Notes under the pieces: generated by a model
Database searches by the model: none
What the model was told of the DNA's origin: nothing
What the model saw: the letters and a program-made list of their open reading frames with translations, nothing else
Origin: Acidobacteriota bacterium
GTDB lineage: Bacteria; Zixibacteria; MSB-5A5; GN15; FEB-12
DNA length: 64,000 nucleotides
Direction: 5' to 3'
NCBI GenBank assembly: GCA_035529075.1
Contig: DATKXK010000005.1
Coordinates: forward strand, 68,981 to 132,980
Part shown: in pieces, positions 1 through 9,526 of the stretch
Layout: every line of letters starts with the position of its first letter
Numbering within the stretch: position 1 is the stretch's first letter
Position numbers and translations under genes: made by a program

Positions 1-2281
1 TGGCGGGATCCCAGACACCTCCGCCGGTAATGGAGCCGGGGACGTATGTCGTGGAATCGGGGATGGCGTCAAGAACAACCACGTCCTGTGCTATCGCGGG
101 ATTGTCATTGATAACGGTAATCGTATAAGTAAGCGGGTCACCCGGGGAAGCCAGCGTGGCGCTGACGTCTTTGCTGATTCCCATGGTACCGGTGGGTTCA
201 TCGACTACGGTCTCAACCCTGTTGCTGACCCACAACAGGGGGTAGGCGGCGGCCGCGCTCGGTTCATCGAAGCTTGCGACAGCCAGGTTCGAGACTACCG
301 TCGGGAACTTTGTAAACGGCCCGTCAAGAATGACCTTGAAGGACAACTGCACTTCCTTACCTGAATCCGGAGCCGGGATGTTCCATCTGACCAGGTCCTC
401 TCCGGGATCGTAGCTGCCTACCCCGATGATACTGCCGGGAACGTAGCCGGTCGAATCCGGTACGGTGTCAACGACCATGATTGGTCCCTCAATATCCCGG
501 CTGTTGTTTCTTATCGTGAGCGTGTAGAGCAGCGTGTCGCCGCTGAAGGCGGTCGTCTTATCGACTTCCTTTGTTATCGATAATGAGGGCGAGACCTTTA
601 TAATCCCGGAGGTCATGTCCTGCCCGCAGGCATCGACAACCGTCAACTCCACCGTGTAGGTGCCGGTGTCCGTATAGACGTGCGTCGGATGCTGCGCGTC
701 CGAGGTTCCGCCGTCGCCGAAGTCCCACGACCAGGAGTCGATGCCAAGCTCGCTCGTGGAAAGGTCGGTGAAGTCGACCGAGAGCGGGGCAGTGCCGCTG
801 TTGCGTGAGGCGCTGAAAGCGGCGGACGGCCCGCCGTACACGGTGACATATTTCTCCTTGGTGACGCGGAGGGTGTCGTCGCCGTTGACGGCCGCAAGGG
901 CAACGGTGTACTTCCCGGCCGCCTTGTATATATGCTGAACGTCTTGGCCGGAGCCGGCGTTGTCACCGCCGCTGTCGGGATCGCCGAAATCCCAGATCCA
1001 CTCGCTGATCTCACACGGACCGCTGTAAGTCCCGGCAAAGTCGACGGTCAACTCGGCGCATCCCTGCAAGGGCTTGCCGGAAAAGTCCACCGAGCAGATA
1101 TCATAGACGTAGATATACTCGACCTTCTCCTCGGTGTCCTCTCCGCACTCATCACTGACCGTCAGCGTGACTGTGTACCGACCAGCAGCCGTGTAGGTGT
1201 GCGAAGGGTCCTGCACGTCGGACGTGCCGCCGTCGCCGAAATCCCACGACCAGGTGTTGATCTTCAACTCGCTGGTGGAATGATCCTTGAAATCGACGGT
1301 CAGGGGAACAAGCCCGGACCTCGGATCACCGCTGAAGTCAGCCGTCGGGCCGCCAAAGACCGTTATATACTTGGTCTTCGTTTCGGTATCATCACCGCAG
1401 GCGTTGCTGACTTTGAGCGTCACGTCGTAGACACCCGCATCGTTATACGTGTGGGTGGGATGCCGGTCAGTCGAGGTCGTGCCGTCACCGAACTGCCATG
1501 ACCAGGACTCGGCGTGTTGCGACAGGTCGGTGAACTTTACCGCCAGGGGAGCACAGCCCTCGGTAGGATCAGCCTTGAAATCAGCGGTAGGTTCGGGGAG
1601 CACGGTGATGTACTCAGTCTTTTTTTCGGTGTCATCACCGCAGATGTTGGTCACAGTCAGGGTAACGTCGTACGTGCCGGGAGCGGTGTAGGTATGGCTC
1701 GGATTCTGTTCGGTCGAGGAACCGCCGTCGCCGAAAGTCCATGCCCACGTATCGGGATAGGTCGACTGGTCTTCAAAGCTGACCTTGAAGGGGCTGCAGC
1801 CGGTTCGTGACTTGGTCGTAAAGTCGGCCGTGGGGGAGGTCTTGATCTCTACGTAGTGGCTCTTGGTCTCGGAGTCCTGGCCGCCGGGTCCGGTGACCGT
1901 AAGGGTGATGGTATACAGGCCCGGTGACATGTACCAGTGGGTTGGATTCTCCTCGACCGAGTAGTTGGCGGCGCCGCTGGCGGGATCACCGAAGTCCCAT
2001 TGCCACTGGTAGATGTAGCCCTGCGAATAGTCGGTGAAGTGCACCTTGAGCGAATCGCAGCCTTTTCTTGGGCAGGCGCAGAAATCGGCCACCGGCGGCG
2101 GACATGCGGCTATGTCAGTGTCGGGGCTGAAAGTATGAAGCTCTCTGGCAAGGGGGCTGTCACATTCGCCGGAACAGCCGCTTTCGGCTCGTGCCGGCAA
2201 AGCCCAGAAAACCAGTACGCACGTTATCAGCAGGAGCGTTATGGCGACGCGCCCGCAATTGCTGTTATGATATGTTGTCAT
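1..2281 (-). CDS. Secreted PKD-/DUF11-repeat surface protein (N-terminus complete, C-terminus beyond window edge)
   Basis: Absent from the ORF track because it has no stop inside the window. Minus-strand ATG at 2281 has AGGAG ~10 nt upstream and lies 12 nt after the stop of the 2294-4819 gene. It opens MTTYHNSNCGRVAITLLLITCVLVFWALPARA (signal peptide). In that frame the PKD signature W-x-W-D-F-G-D recurs near 720, 985, 1240 (1232-1255 = TWSWDFGD), 1495, 1735 and 1995. Positions 1-640 encode two PGDPLTYTI...IPDSTxYVPGS units typical of DUF11 'conserved repeat' domains. Confidence 0.8.
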   Translation of the reverse strand, partial: MTTYHNSNCGRVAITLLLITCVLVFWALPARAESGCSGECDSPLARELHTFSPDTDIAACPPPVADFCACPRKGCDSLKVHFTDYSQGYIYQWQWDFGDPASGAANYSVEENPTHWYMSPGLYTITLTVTGPGGQDSETKSHYVEIKTSPTADFTTKSRTGCSPFKVSFEDQSTYPDTWAWTFGDGGSSTEQNPSHTYTAPGTYDVTLTVTNICGDDTEKKTEYITVLPEPTADFKADPTEGCAPLAVKFTDLSQHAESWSWQFGDGTTSTDRHPTHTYNDAGVYDVTLKVSNACGDDTETKTKYITVFGGPTADFSGDPRSGLVPLTVDFKDHSTSELKINTWSWDFGDGGTSDVQDPSHTYTAAGRYTVTLTVSDECGEDTEEKVEYIYVYDICSVDFSGKPLQGCAELTVDFAGTYSGPCEISEWIWDFGDPDSGGDNAGSGQDVQHIYKAAGKYTVALAAVNGDDTLRVTKEKYVTVYGGPSAAFSASRNSGTAPLSVDFTDLSTSELGIDSWSWDFGDGGTSDAQHPTHVYTDTGTYTVELTVVDACGQDMTSGIIKVSPSLSITKEVDKTTAFSGDTLLYTLTIRNNSRDIEGPIMVVDTVPDSTGYVPGSIIGVGSYDPGEDLVRWNIPAPDSGKEVQLSFKVILDGPFTKFPTVVSNLAVASFDEPSAAAAYPLLWVSNRVETVVDEPTGTMGISKDVSATLASPGDPLTYTITVINDNPAIAQDVVVLDAIPDSTTYVPGSITGGGVWDPA
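640..2080 (-). repeat. Tandem coding repeat: six PKD-domain units, ~255-265 bp period
   Basis: The core gtcgccgaa(a/g)tcccac(g/a)(a/c)cca recurs on the plus strand at regular spacing. It translates on the minus strand to the WxWDFGD motif each time. Confidence 0.75.
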
Positions 2282-2293
2282 CACGGCACGCTC

Positions 2294-4819
2294 CTACATC
2301 TTTCCCGTAAAGCGAACGAAGACACCCTGACCGGTATAGTCCCGATCCGGGTGCAGATCGATATCGCTCTGGATTCGTTCATAGCCTACGGAAGCTCGAT
2401 ACCAGTGGTGGCTGTCATAGCCGACCTCCAGTTTCGCAAATGTCTTTTCGTCGTTAAGGGGATCGTTCAGCAGGATGCCCTTGATTGATGCCCTGGCAAA
2501 GAACCCGTTTACTATGGAGGCCGCGCCGCTGACAAGCACTATGTACGACGACGCCGTTACTTGCGCACCCGGCGGGTAGCTGTGCAACTGCCAGCGTCGT
2601 ATCAGTCCCGCCGTAAACTCGTTGAAACGGTCCTTGTTCCAGTTGACCCGCAATCCGAGATCCCAGGTCTTGTCACGTGAATACTCGGGATAATGCCTGG
2701 CCGTCCTGCGGTATTCGCTCTCGCCGTTGAACGACAGGTGATGCGTGTGGAAATAGGTCACCTGCCCGAGAAGGAAGTCGTTGGTGACACGATAATCACC
2801 GGCACGCTGCAACTCGTACCGTCCGACCTTCCCGAGAGCCTTTACCTTCTTTAGCGGCAGGTATTCCAGGGCGAAGGTTTCGGCCCATTCCAACTGCTTC
2901 AGGCCGTCATCCTGCCAGAATGTGACATTGTTGCGGGGAACCGTGTAGCGTTTATACTCGTACGTGGTCAGCGTATTGACGTTGTCGTGAGGCCTGAACT
3001 GCACCGTGAGAAACGACACGTCCTGCCGCTCATCGTAGAGGTCCAGCGCTCGATCCTTGCGCAGAGAGAATCGCTGCGTGACGGCTATATTGGCCCGTTC
3101 ACTCGGTTTGCTGGTGAGGGTCAGGGCCAGTTGGTTGGTGTTGGCGTCGTGGTCTCCGATCTGCAGTTCGTTTCGGAACAGGATCAGCTCATACGCGGCC
3201 TTGTAACCGAACTGCCCGAGCACGGAGACGTCCTCTAGACGCCCGCCCAGGTCAACAATGGCGCGATTCTGATAGTTGTCCTCGTGAACAGCGTTGGCCA
3301 CGTCCTCGTTGTCTCGCCGCTCGAGCCGTAACCCGAATCCGAGTTCGGTCCGCAGGTCGTTGCGATATCCCAGCGTGTAGACCTTTTCATCGCGGAGGCC
3401 GTCGTACGGGTTGAACTGACCGTTGGCCTTGAGACCGCGCGTGTCGGCAAACCCGGCCGTGGCCCGCTGCCGTTCCGTCAGTTGGTAATCACCGCCGATC
3501 TGCAGCCACCGCTGGTTCTTGTTGGGGTCAAGGTCGGCATTGGTGAACGATCTGAACTGATCTTCGATCTTCCGAAAATCGGCGCGGAGTGTCAGATCGT
3601 CGATGACTTCCGTCCTGGCTCCGACGCGGAGCGCCATGAACTGATCGTCGACGCCGGGGTTCTCAGTGCCGGCGACCTCGAAGTAGCCGGTGGTATGATC
3701 TTCCACCTTGAAGGAACCGTCAGCGGCCAGCAGGTCCTCGGGTTCCTCGATTCCCGGCCCGATGGCCCCGTCATCGAGATTGCGATGCAGGTAGCTGCCG
3801 CTCACCTGGACGTCGTCATTCGGCGCGACCCTGGCGCGGCCGCCCATGATGTCGTCGTTGTCACTGCGCAGGTAATCGAACGTGATGACGACGTAGACGG
3901 GATCGGCCGAAGCGGTCTCGCTGGCGACCGGTTGATGAAGCAGGACCCGCCCGCGCAGGTAATCGACGTTATAGTCGATGTCGCGGACGAGAGTTCTCGA
4001 GGAGAGCACGGTCGTTTCGTCGAACCGATCGCGGACCTGGATCTTGACTTCTTCACTGCCTCGCGTGATCGGTGCACGGCTCAGATCGAAGGGTCCGCTG
4101 GTTCCGTTGGCGCGAATACCGATGGCTCCGCCTTCCCGGTACGACTTGCCTTCCAGCTTGCCGCCGACGGCTTCCAGGCCGACGCGGCCGGTGTGCAGGT
4201 CGGTGTAGACGCCGAATACGGATCGCTGATGCAGGGTGAATTGAGCACCCTTGAAGCTTGGACGAAGCGATCCGCCTTCGACGACGCCGTACTCGTCGTT
4301 TTCGAGGCGCATCAACAGCTCAAGGCGTGACGGTTCCTGAGGCTGAGTCAGGAGGCGCGTATCGAGATTTTCCAGTTCCCACTGGCGGTTGGGATCGTAC
4401 ACGCCGCGCCCGGTGAAGCGCCAGCCGTCCCAGAGCGGTTCCCTTGATTCAACCGACATCTTGAGGCGAAATATCGACGGATCGACGGTCTGATACTCAT
4501 CTCCTATCCGGGAATCGACAATTACGGCGCCGTTGACCAGGAAATCTCGGGTCGCGTTGCCGTTGGCCAGCAGCGACAATCGGTAGTTCGTCGAGAAGTC
4601 GGTACTGAGGTTCGGATTGGAACTCTCAAACGCTTCCTTGTTGCCGCTGACGTCAAGAACCTGCATGGTTAACTCACCGAAACCAAGCAGGAATAGATCC
4701 TGACCGTTTTGAGGTGAATACCGCGAGCTTATTATCTTGCCGTCCGACGGCTGAGCCGCCAGAAAGATCAGAAGCACGGCGGTCATCCCCAGTTGAAAAC
4801 ACTTACTTGAGGAGGTCAT
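2294..4819 (-). CDS. Hypothetical large outer-membrane beta-barrel-like protein, co-operonic with the PKD/DUF11 protein
   Basis: 841-aa ORF with an N-terminal hydrophobic signal (MTAVLLIFLAAQPSDG) and no later long hydrophobic helices. Composition is Y/R/D/N/G-rich with alternating polarity. It ends ...GVFVRFTGKM (aromatic residue close to the C-terminus). No family recognised, so the function is inference. Confidence 0.55.
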   Translation of the reverse strand: MTSSSKCFQLGMTAVLLIFLAAQPSDGKIISSRYSPQNGQDLFLLGFGELTMQVLDVSGNKEAFESSNPNLSTDFSTNYRLSLLANGNATRDFLVNGAVIVDSRIGDEYQTVDPSIFRLKMSVESREPLWDGWRFTGRGVYDPNRQWELENLDTRLLTQPQEPSRLELLMRLENDEYGVVEGGSLRPSFKGAQFTLHQRSVFGVYTDLHTGRVGLEAVGGKLEGKSYREGGAIGIRANGTSGPFDLSRAPITRGSEEVKIQVRDRFDETTVLSSRTLVRDIDYNVDYLRGRVLLHQPVASETASADPVYVVITFDYLRSDNDDIMGGRARVAPNDDVQVSGSYLHRNLDDGAIGPGIEEPEDLLAADGSFKVEDHTTGYFEVAGTENPGVDDQFMALRVGARTEVIDDLTLRADFRKIEDQFRSFTNADLDPNKNQRWLQIGGDYQLTERQRATAGFADTRGLKANGQFNPYDGLRDEKVYTLGYRNDLRTELGFGLRLERRDNEDVANAVHEDNYQNRAIVDLGGRLEDVSVLGQFGYKAAYELILFRNELQIGDHDANTNQLALTLTSKPSERANIAVTQRFSLRKDRALDLYDERQDVSFLTVQFRPHDNVNTLTTYEYKRYTVPRNNVTFWQDDGLKQLEWAETFALEYLPLKKVKALGKVGRYELQRAGDYRVTNDFLLGQVTYFHTHHLSFNGESEYRRTARHYPEYSRDKTWDLGLRVNWNKDRFNEFTAGLIRRWQLHSYPPGAQVTASSYIVLVSGAASIVNGFFARASIKGILLNDPLNDEKTFAKLEVGYDSHHWYRASVGYERIQSDIDLHPDRDYTGQGVFVRFTGKM

Positions 4820-5528
4820 AGACGTATGTCCTGCGCTTTAGAAGTGTGATTTGGACTGTGCTGTTTCCGTTCTGCCAGGCATAGCCTGACAAAAGAACGC
4901 TGCATGTATGAAAATACTGATCGTCAAAGGCCGAGATGCCGTTGCGAAAATATACTATATCTATCCTGAAATGTCAATGCTCTAATCCGTTATGAAGGCC
5001 CATCTGACCCGCTCCGGCCGCCCTTTGTATAAAAATCGTACAGCGCAGGGAAGGATCGAAGGTGATGCGCGCCAAGACGGGCATACCGCCGTGGATTCCA
5101 CCCGAAAGAAGGACCGGGAACAACCAATTTGCGGGAAACGGATCGTAATAGGCGTATATACGTTGCGCGTCGCCGAACCAGGTCGGCTTTGGTTGATCTG
5201 CATACCCGGACGTCCCCGATTTACGTAGGTTGCCTTGACGTACACGGTCTGCAACCGGCCGCAACGGGTTCACGGGTTTCCACATAATACAAGGTCAGCG
5301 AACCGCCCCGTACGTTCGCGGTGATCTATGCTCATCAGCGACTTTGTCTTTGCCGTTCGGCGTCGAAAGCAGTATACTTGACACCCGGAAGCGACCTTAC
5401 CGCGTGTAAGGCAAAACCGGGAAAGATATTTGCAGTAAGGATACAACCTAGGTGCGTGAAGGTTCAGCGGCTGGACGGTCCCTCGTTACCCGTCAGCCTG
5501 AATTCGCGCACGTTCGAGGAGGCAGGAC

Positions 5529-7052
5529 ATGACGCCACAGAACATCTATACCGATCTGAAGCATCGTATGAAGGAGATCGCCACTCTTGGGTCCACGGGC
5601 GGCGTTCTATACTGGGACCGGGAGGCTTACCTGCCCCGCGCGGCTGACGAACACCGGGCCGAACAACTTGCCCAGATCAGCCGAATGATGCACGAGTGGA
5701 TGACGGACCCGAAGGTAGGGGAGTGGCTTGCCGCCGTCGAGGGTTCCACGCTGGTCAAGGATGCTCAGTCGGAGGCCGCGGTCAACGTCCGTGAATGGCG
5801 ACGTATGTATGACCGAGAGACCAGGCTTCCGGGCGAATTCGTTCAGGATTTCGCGCGCACGACCTCCAGGGCCACCACGGTGTGGGCGGAGGCGCGCAGA
5901 AAGTCAGATTTCGAACTGTTCCGACTGCACCTCGAGAAAATAATCGACCTGTGTCGCAGGAAAGCCGACTTCATCGGCTACAGCACCGAGAGATACGATG
6001 CGCTCCTGGACGGATTCGAGCCGGGAGCGAAGGCGGCCGATGTCGAAACGGCTTTCAAGGGACTTCGCACCGACCTCGTCGAGTTGGTAGGTAAGATCTC
6101 GGACGCTGACAGGAAGCCGGACATCGGCATTCTGAAACGGCCGTATGACGTCGCCAGGCAGAAGGTTTTCGCCGAGTCCATGGCCGCGGCGTTGGGATAT
6201 GACTTCGCGGCCGGTCGCGTCGATGAAGCGGTGCATCCGTCGTGCAATCCCCTCGGGCCACGCGATACGCGGATTCTCACCCGGTATTATCCGGAGGACG
6301 TCGCCGAGGGCATCACCGGTATCGTCCATGAAGCCGGTCATGCGCTGTACGACATGAGCCGGACTGACAAGGAGCATTGGGGGACGCCGTTAGATGAGAC
6401 GGCGTCGCTCGGCATCCACGAGTCTCAGTCCCGGATGTGGGAGAACATCGTCGGCCGTTCGCGGGAGTTCTGGGAATACTTCTTCCCGCAGTTGCAGCGT
6501 TTGTTCCGCGACGAGACGGCGGGCGTTACGCTGGATGAGTTCTACGGTGCAATGAACTGGGTGTCCCCGTCGTATATTCGCGTAGAGGCCGACGAGGCGA
6601 CCTACAATCTTCACATTATGCTCCGTTTCGAGCTGGAGCGGGCCATCATCGCCGGTGACGTCGAAGTATCAGACGTTCCCGGTGAGTGGAACAGCCGCTT
6701 CAAGAACTATCTCGGCATCGAGGTCGACAGGGATGCCAACGGGTGTCTTCAGGATATTCACTGGTCCCACGGGGCCTTCGGTTACTTCGCGACGTATGCG
6801 TTGGGGAACCTGTATGCGGCCCAGTTCTGGAGCCAGGCGCAGAAGGATCTGCCCGGGTTACCGGAGGATTTCTCGCAGGGTAAATACGCCCGGTTGCTCG
6901 GCTGGCTGCGCGAGAATGTCCACAGCCAGGGGTCCAGGTACCCCGCGGCTGACCTGTGCCGGCGCATTACCGGGGAACCGTTGTCTCACCGACCCCTGCT
7001 TGACTACCTGTACGCCAAGTACGCGGACATTTACGGTATCAGCAGGGGCTGA
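5529..7052 (+). CDS. Carboxypeptidase Taq-type metallopeptidase (MEROPS M32)
   Basis: HEAGHALYD (HExxH), HESQSRMWEN, IRVEADEATYNLHIMLRFELE, DIHWSHGAFGYFATYALGN; length 507 aa; GAGGAGG Shine-Dalgarno before the ATG. Confidence 0.93.
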   Translation: MTPQNIYTDLKHRMKEIATLGSTGGVLYWDREAYLPRAADEHRAEQLAQISRMMHEWMTDPKVGEWLAAVEGSTLVKDAQSEAAVNVREWRRMYDRETRLPGEFVQDFARTTSRATTVWAEARRKSDFELFRLHLEKIIDLCRRKADFIGYSTERYDALLDGFEPGAKAADVETAFKGLRTDLVELVGKISDADRKPDIGILKRPYDVARQKVFAESMAAALGYDFAAGRVDEAVHPSCNPLGPRDTRILTRYYPEDVAEGITGIVHEAGHALYDMSRTDKEHWGTPLDETASLGIHESQSRMWENIVGRSREFWEYFFPQLQRLFRDETAGVTLDEFYGAMNWVSPSYIRVEADEATYNLHIMLRFELERAIIAGDVEVSDVPGEWNSRFKNYLGIEVDRDANGCLQDIHWSHGAFGYFATYALGNLYAAQFWSQAQKDLPGLPEDFSQGKYARLLGWLRENVHSQGSRYPAADLCRRITGEPLSHRPLLDYLYAKYADIYGISRG

Positions 7053-7146
7053 GGCTGAACCGGCCCGCGGAGCAATCCGGGAACCTCCCCGAGCATCCGC
7101 GTATTCAGCCACGGGGCAAGCGGCAACCCGAACGCGCACGGCTGCT

Positions 7147-9315
7147 CTATTCGGGCTGCGGTGCGCTGATATCCACGCCGAGCCTGTCAAAGAGAAACGC
7201 ATACACGTCCACCCAGAGCGCAATATCTTCGCTCAGCGAACTGCCGATCCCGTGCCCGCGGCCGGAGGTCGCTCTCAGGAGAGCCAGACTGGTCGGGCTG
7301 GCCGCCTGCATTCTTGCCACCATCTTGCGCGAGTGGTAGGGGTAGACCCGGCCGTCGTTCTCATCGGCAGTGAAAAGAACGTCGGGGTAGCGCGTGTTGT
7401 CGACCACGTTGTGATACGGTGAATACGCGTACAGCGCCTTGAACTGCTCCAAAACCTTCACGGTCCCGTATTCAGTCACGTTAAACGCGCCGTTGGGGTC
7501 CAACTCCACTCGCAGCATATCAAGAACGCCCCTCTGGCAGACGACCGCCCGAAAGAGTTCCGGATGCTGCGTCATGGTGGCGGCGACCAGGAGTCCGCCG
7601 TTGCTTCCTCCCCTGATGGCCAGCCTGGACGGACTGGTGTAGCCGGCGTCGATCAGGTAGCGGGCGCAGGCGGCAAAATCATCGAAAACGTTCTGCTTGT
7701 TGACCAGGTTGCCGGCAAGGTGCCAGTCCTCCCCGAACTCACCTCCACCGCGCAGGTTGGCCACGACGTATACGCCTCCATGGTTCAGCCACAGACTGAG
7801 CTGGCGATCGTACCACGGTGACTGGCTGGAACCGTAGCCCCCATAGCCATACAGGATCGTCGGGTTCACCCCGTTGAGCGTCACGTCCTTGCGTAGCATG
7901 ATGTTGATGGGGACACGCGTACCGTCTTTGGAGGTGACAAACTCACGCACGACTTCAATATCGCCAAAGTCGGCCGGCGAAGTAACAAAGAGCGCCGTCC
8001 GCACCAGTCTGTTCTCCGAAAGATCGTACGTATAGCAGGCGTCCGGTTCCACGTAACTCTGGTTTCTGAAAAGGACCTGGTTGCCGCCCAGGGAGACCAT
8101 GTCTCTTACCGATGAAACCGGAAGAATCGGAATCACCTTCTGAAAAACGCCCGATCGGTCCAGCACGCGGATCTGCGACGGACCGCCCACTATGTCTCTG
8201 ATGAATATGGCTTCGCCAGTGAGCAGGAAATCGCTGATGACGACGTCACTTTCCGCCACCACGGTTGTGGCCGCGGAAAGGTTCGTGTACCCGGCGGGCA
8301 AGCGAAGGATTTTCCCCCAGGGGGCATTCTTGTGTGACAACAAGTACAGGGAGTTGTCATGACCGAACTTTGCGTCCGGAATCATATCCGAATGTTCGGT
8401 GACCTGTTTCCATCGCCCGGCCGGGCCGCGCAGGTAGTGAGCGTACTCGCCGCCGTCGCCGTTGGCGACCCGGGCCAGCACGTAGGTGTTGTCCGGTGAC
8501 GTCTCGAATTGTATCTCGGCGATGGCCGGGAATTCCCTGCCGATCTCGTACGTATCATCCTCGGTCGAAGTGCCGAGTTTGTGAAAATATACTTGCTGGT
8601 AGAAGCGGAGCTCTTCCGGGGGGCGCTCGCCCGGGCGTGGGTAACGGCTGTAATAGAAACCCGAACCATCGGCCAGCCACGCGACGTCACCTCCGGCGGT
8701 GGGGCCGTTGACGCGGGGGACGACGTCCGGCAGCGGCTTTCCCGTGGCGACTTCAAACACGTGGACGTCGCCGTCTTCCGTGCCTCCCCTGGAGAGAGAT
8801 ACGGCTACGAGTTTCGCATCGGGAGAGACGACATAGAAGTCGATGGAGGTCAGGCCGCTGGTATCCAGCGCGTTGGGATCCAGGACAAGCCGCTCTGAGG
8901 CAAGGTCATGCGGTGATTCCATCGTCACAAGCATCGGCTGGTCTTTGGCGGGGTCTTCCTTGAGTACAAACAGGTGACCTGCCCGATACTGAAACCAATA
9001 GTACTCCGGCGAGGCCTCGCGGTACAGTTGCTGCAACCGGCCGGCGATAGCTTCGCGGACCGGGATGTCGCCCAGGAAGCTGCGTGCATAACCGTCCTGT
9101 GCCTCGGTCCATTGCTTCACCTCCGGATCAGTACCGTCTTCCAGCCACCTGTAATTGTCGACGACCTGCACGCCGTGATAGGTGTCCGTAACGGGTCTGA
9201 CGGCCGTGGTGGGAACGTCGGCGGGTCCGGCACCGCAGCCGGCCAGGGTCAGGCAGATTATCGGGATTGCCAGAAGGGAAAGCGACGTCGAAGTCGGTTT
9301 TTGGAGGCTACTCAT
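7147..9315 (-). CDS. Prolyl oligopeptidase (S9A) family serine peptidase, lipoprotein
   Basis: N-terminal lipobox LTLAGC. DNYRWLED motif at the start of the propeller domain. Catalytic-domain motifs GGSNGGLL (nucleophile Ser), ADENDGRV and GHG. Confidence 0.92.
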   Translation of the reverse strand: MSSLQKPTSTSLSLLAIPIICLTLAGCGAGPADVPTTAVRPVTDTYHGVQVVDNYRWLEDGTDPEVKQWTEAQDGYARSFLGDIPVREAIAGRLQQLYREASPEYYWFQYRAGHLFVLKEDPAKDQPMLVTMESPHDLASERLVLDPNALDTSGLTSIDFYVVSPDAKLVAVSLSRGGTEDGDVHVFEVATGKPLPDVVPRVNGPTAGGDVAWLADGSGFYYSRYPRPGERPPEELRFYQQVYFHKLGTSTEDDTYEIGREFPAIAEIQFETSPDNTYVLARVANGDGGEYAHYLRGPAGRWKQVTEHSDMIPDAKFGHDNSLYLLSHKNAPWGKILRLPAGYTNLSAATTVVAESDVVISDFLLTGEAIFIRDIVGGPSQIRVLDRSGVFQKVIPILPVSSVRDMVSLGGNQVLFRNQSYVEPDACYTYDLSENRLVRTALFVTSPADFGDIEVVREFVTSKDGTRVPINIMLRKDVTLNGVNPTILYGYGGYGSSQSPWYDRQLSLWLNHGGVYVVANLRGGGEFGEDWHLAGNLVNKQNVFDDFAACARYLIDAGYTSPSRLAIRGGSNGGLLVAATMTQHPELFRAVVCQRGVLDMLRVELDPNGAFNVTEYGTVKVLEQFKALYAYSPYHNVVDNTRYPDVLFTADENDGRVYPYHSRKMVARMQAASPTSLALLRATSGRGHGIGSSLSEDIALWVDVYAFLFDRLGVDISAPQPE

Positions 9316-9526
9316 GGTACTGGTTCCTTCATTTGAATGTCCGTGTCATCCCGTAGCGATGGGAGGCACCGTGCCGCGTAGTTTTCGATTCCAACATGCT
9401 CGTCACCAAAAGTACGCTTCCAGCCTCGGTTGCGCAATCGAAACCCGGGCCAATTGCACGTAAATGCCGAGGGCAGTGGTTGCGTTGCAGAATCGGCAGG
9501 GCAGGAACTTCTCGCGCTTCTGCCGC

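Noticed and set aside
932-2488. Plus-strand track ORFs (189, 80, 98, 183 aa) covering the first 2.5 kb
   Set aside because: They are Arg/Gly/Val-rich shadow frames. The minus strand carries an uninterrupted frame with a signal peptide and six in-frame PKD WxWDFGD motifs, so the real gene is on the minus strand.
4974-5285. 103-aa and 90-aa minus-strand ORFs in the 709-bp spacer between the barrel-protein gene and the M32 carboxypeptidase gene
   Set aside because: There is no ribosome-binding site, no recognisable motif, overlapping alternative frames of similar length, and the location is a divergent promoter region. Evidence is insufficient to call a gene.
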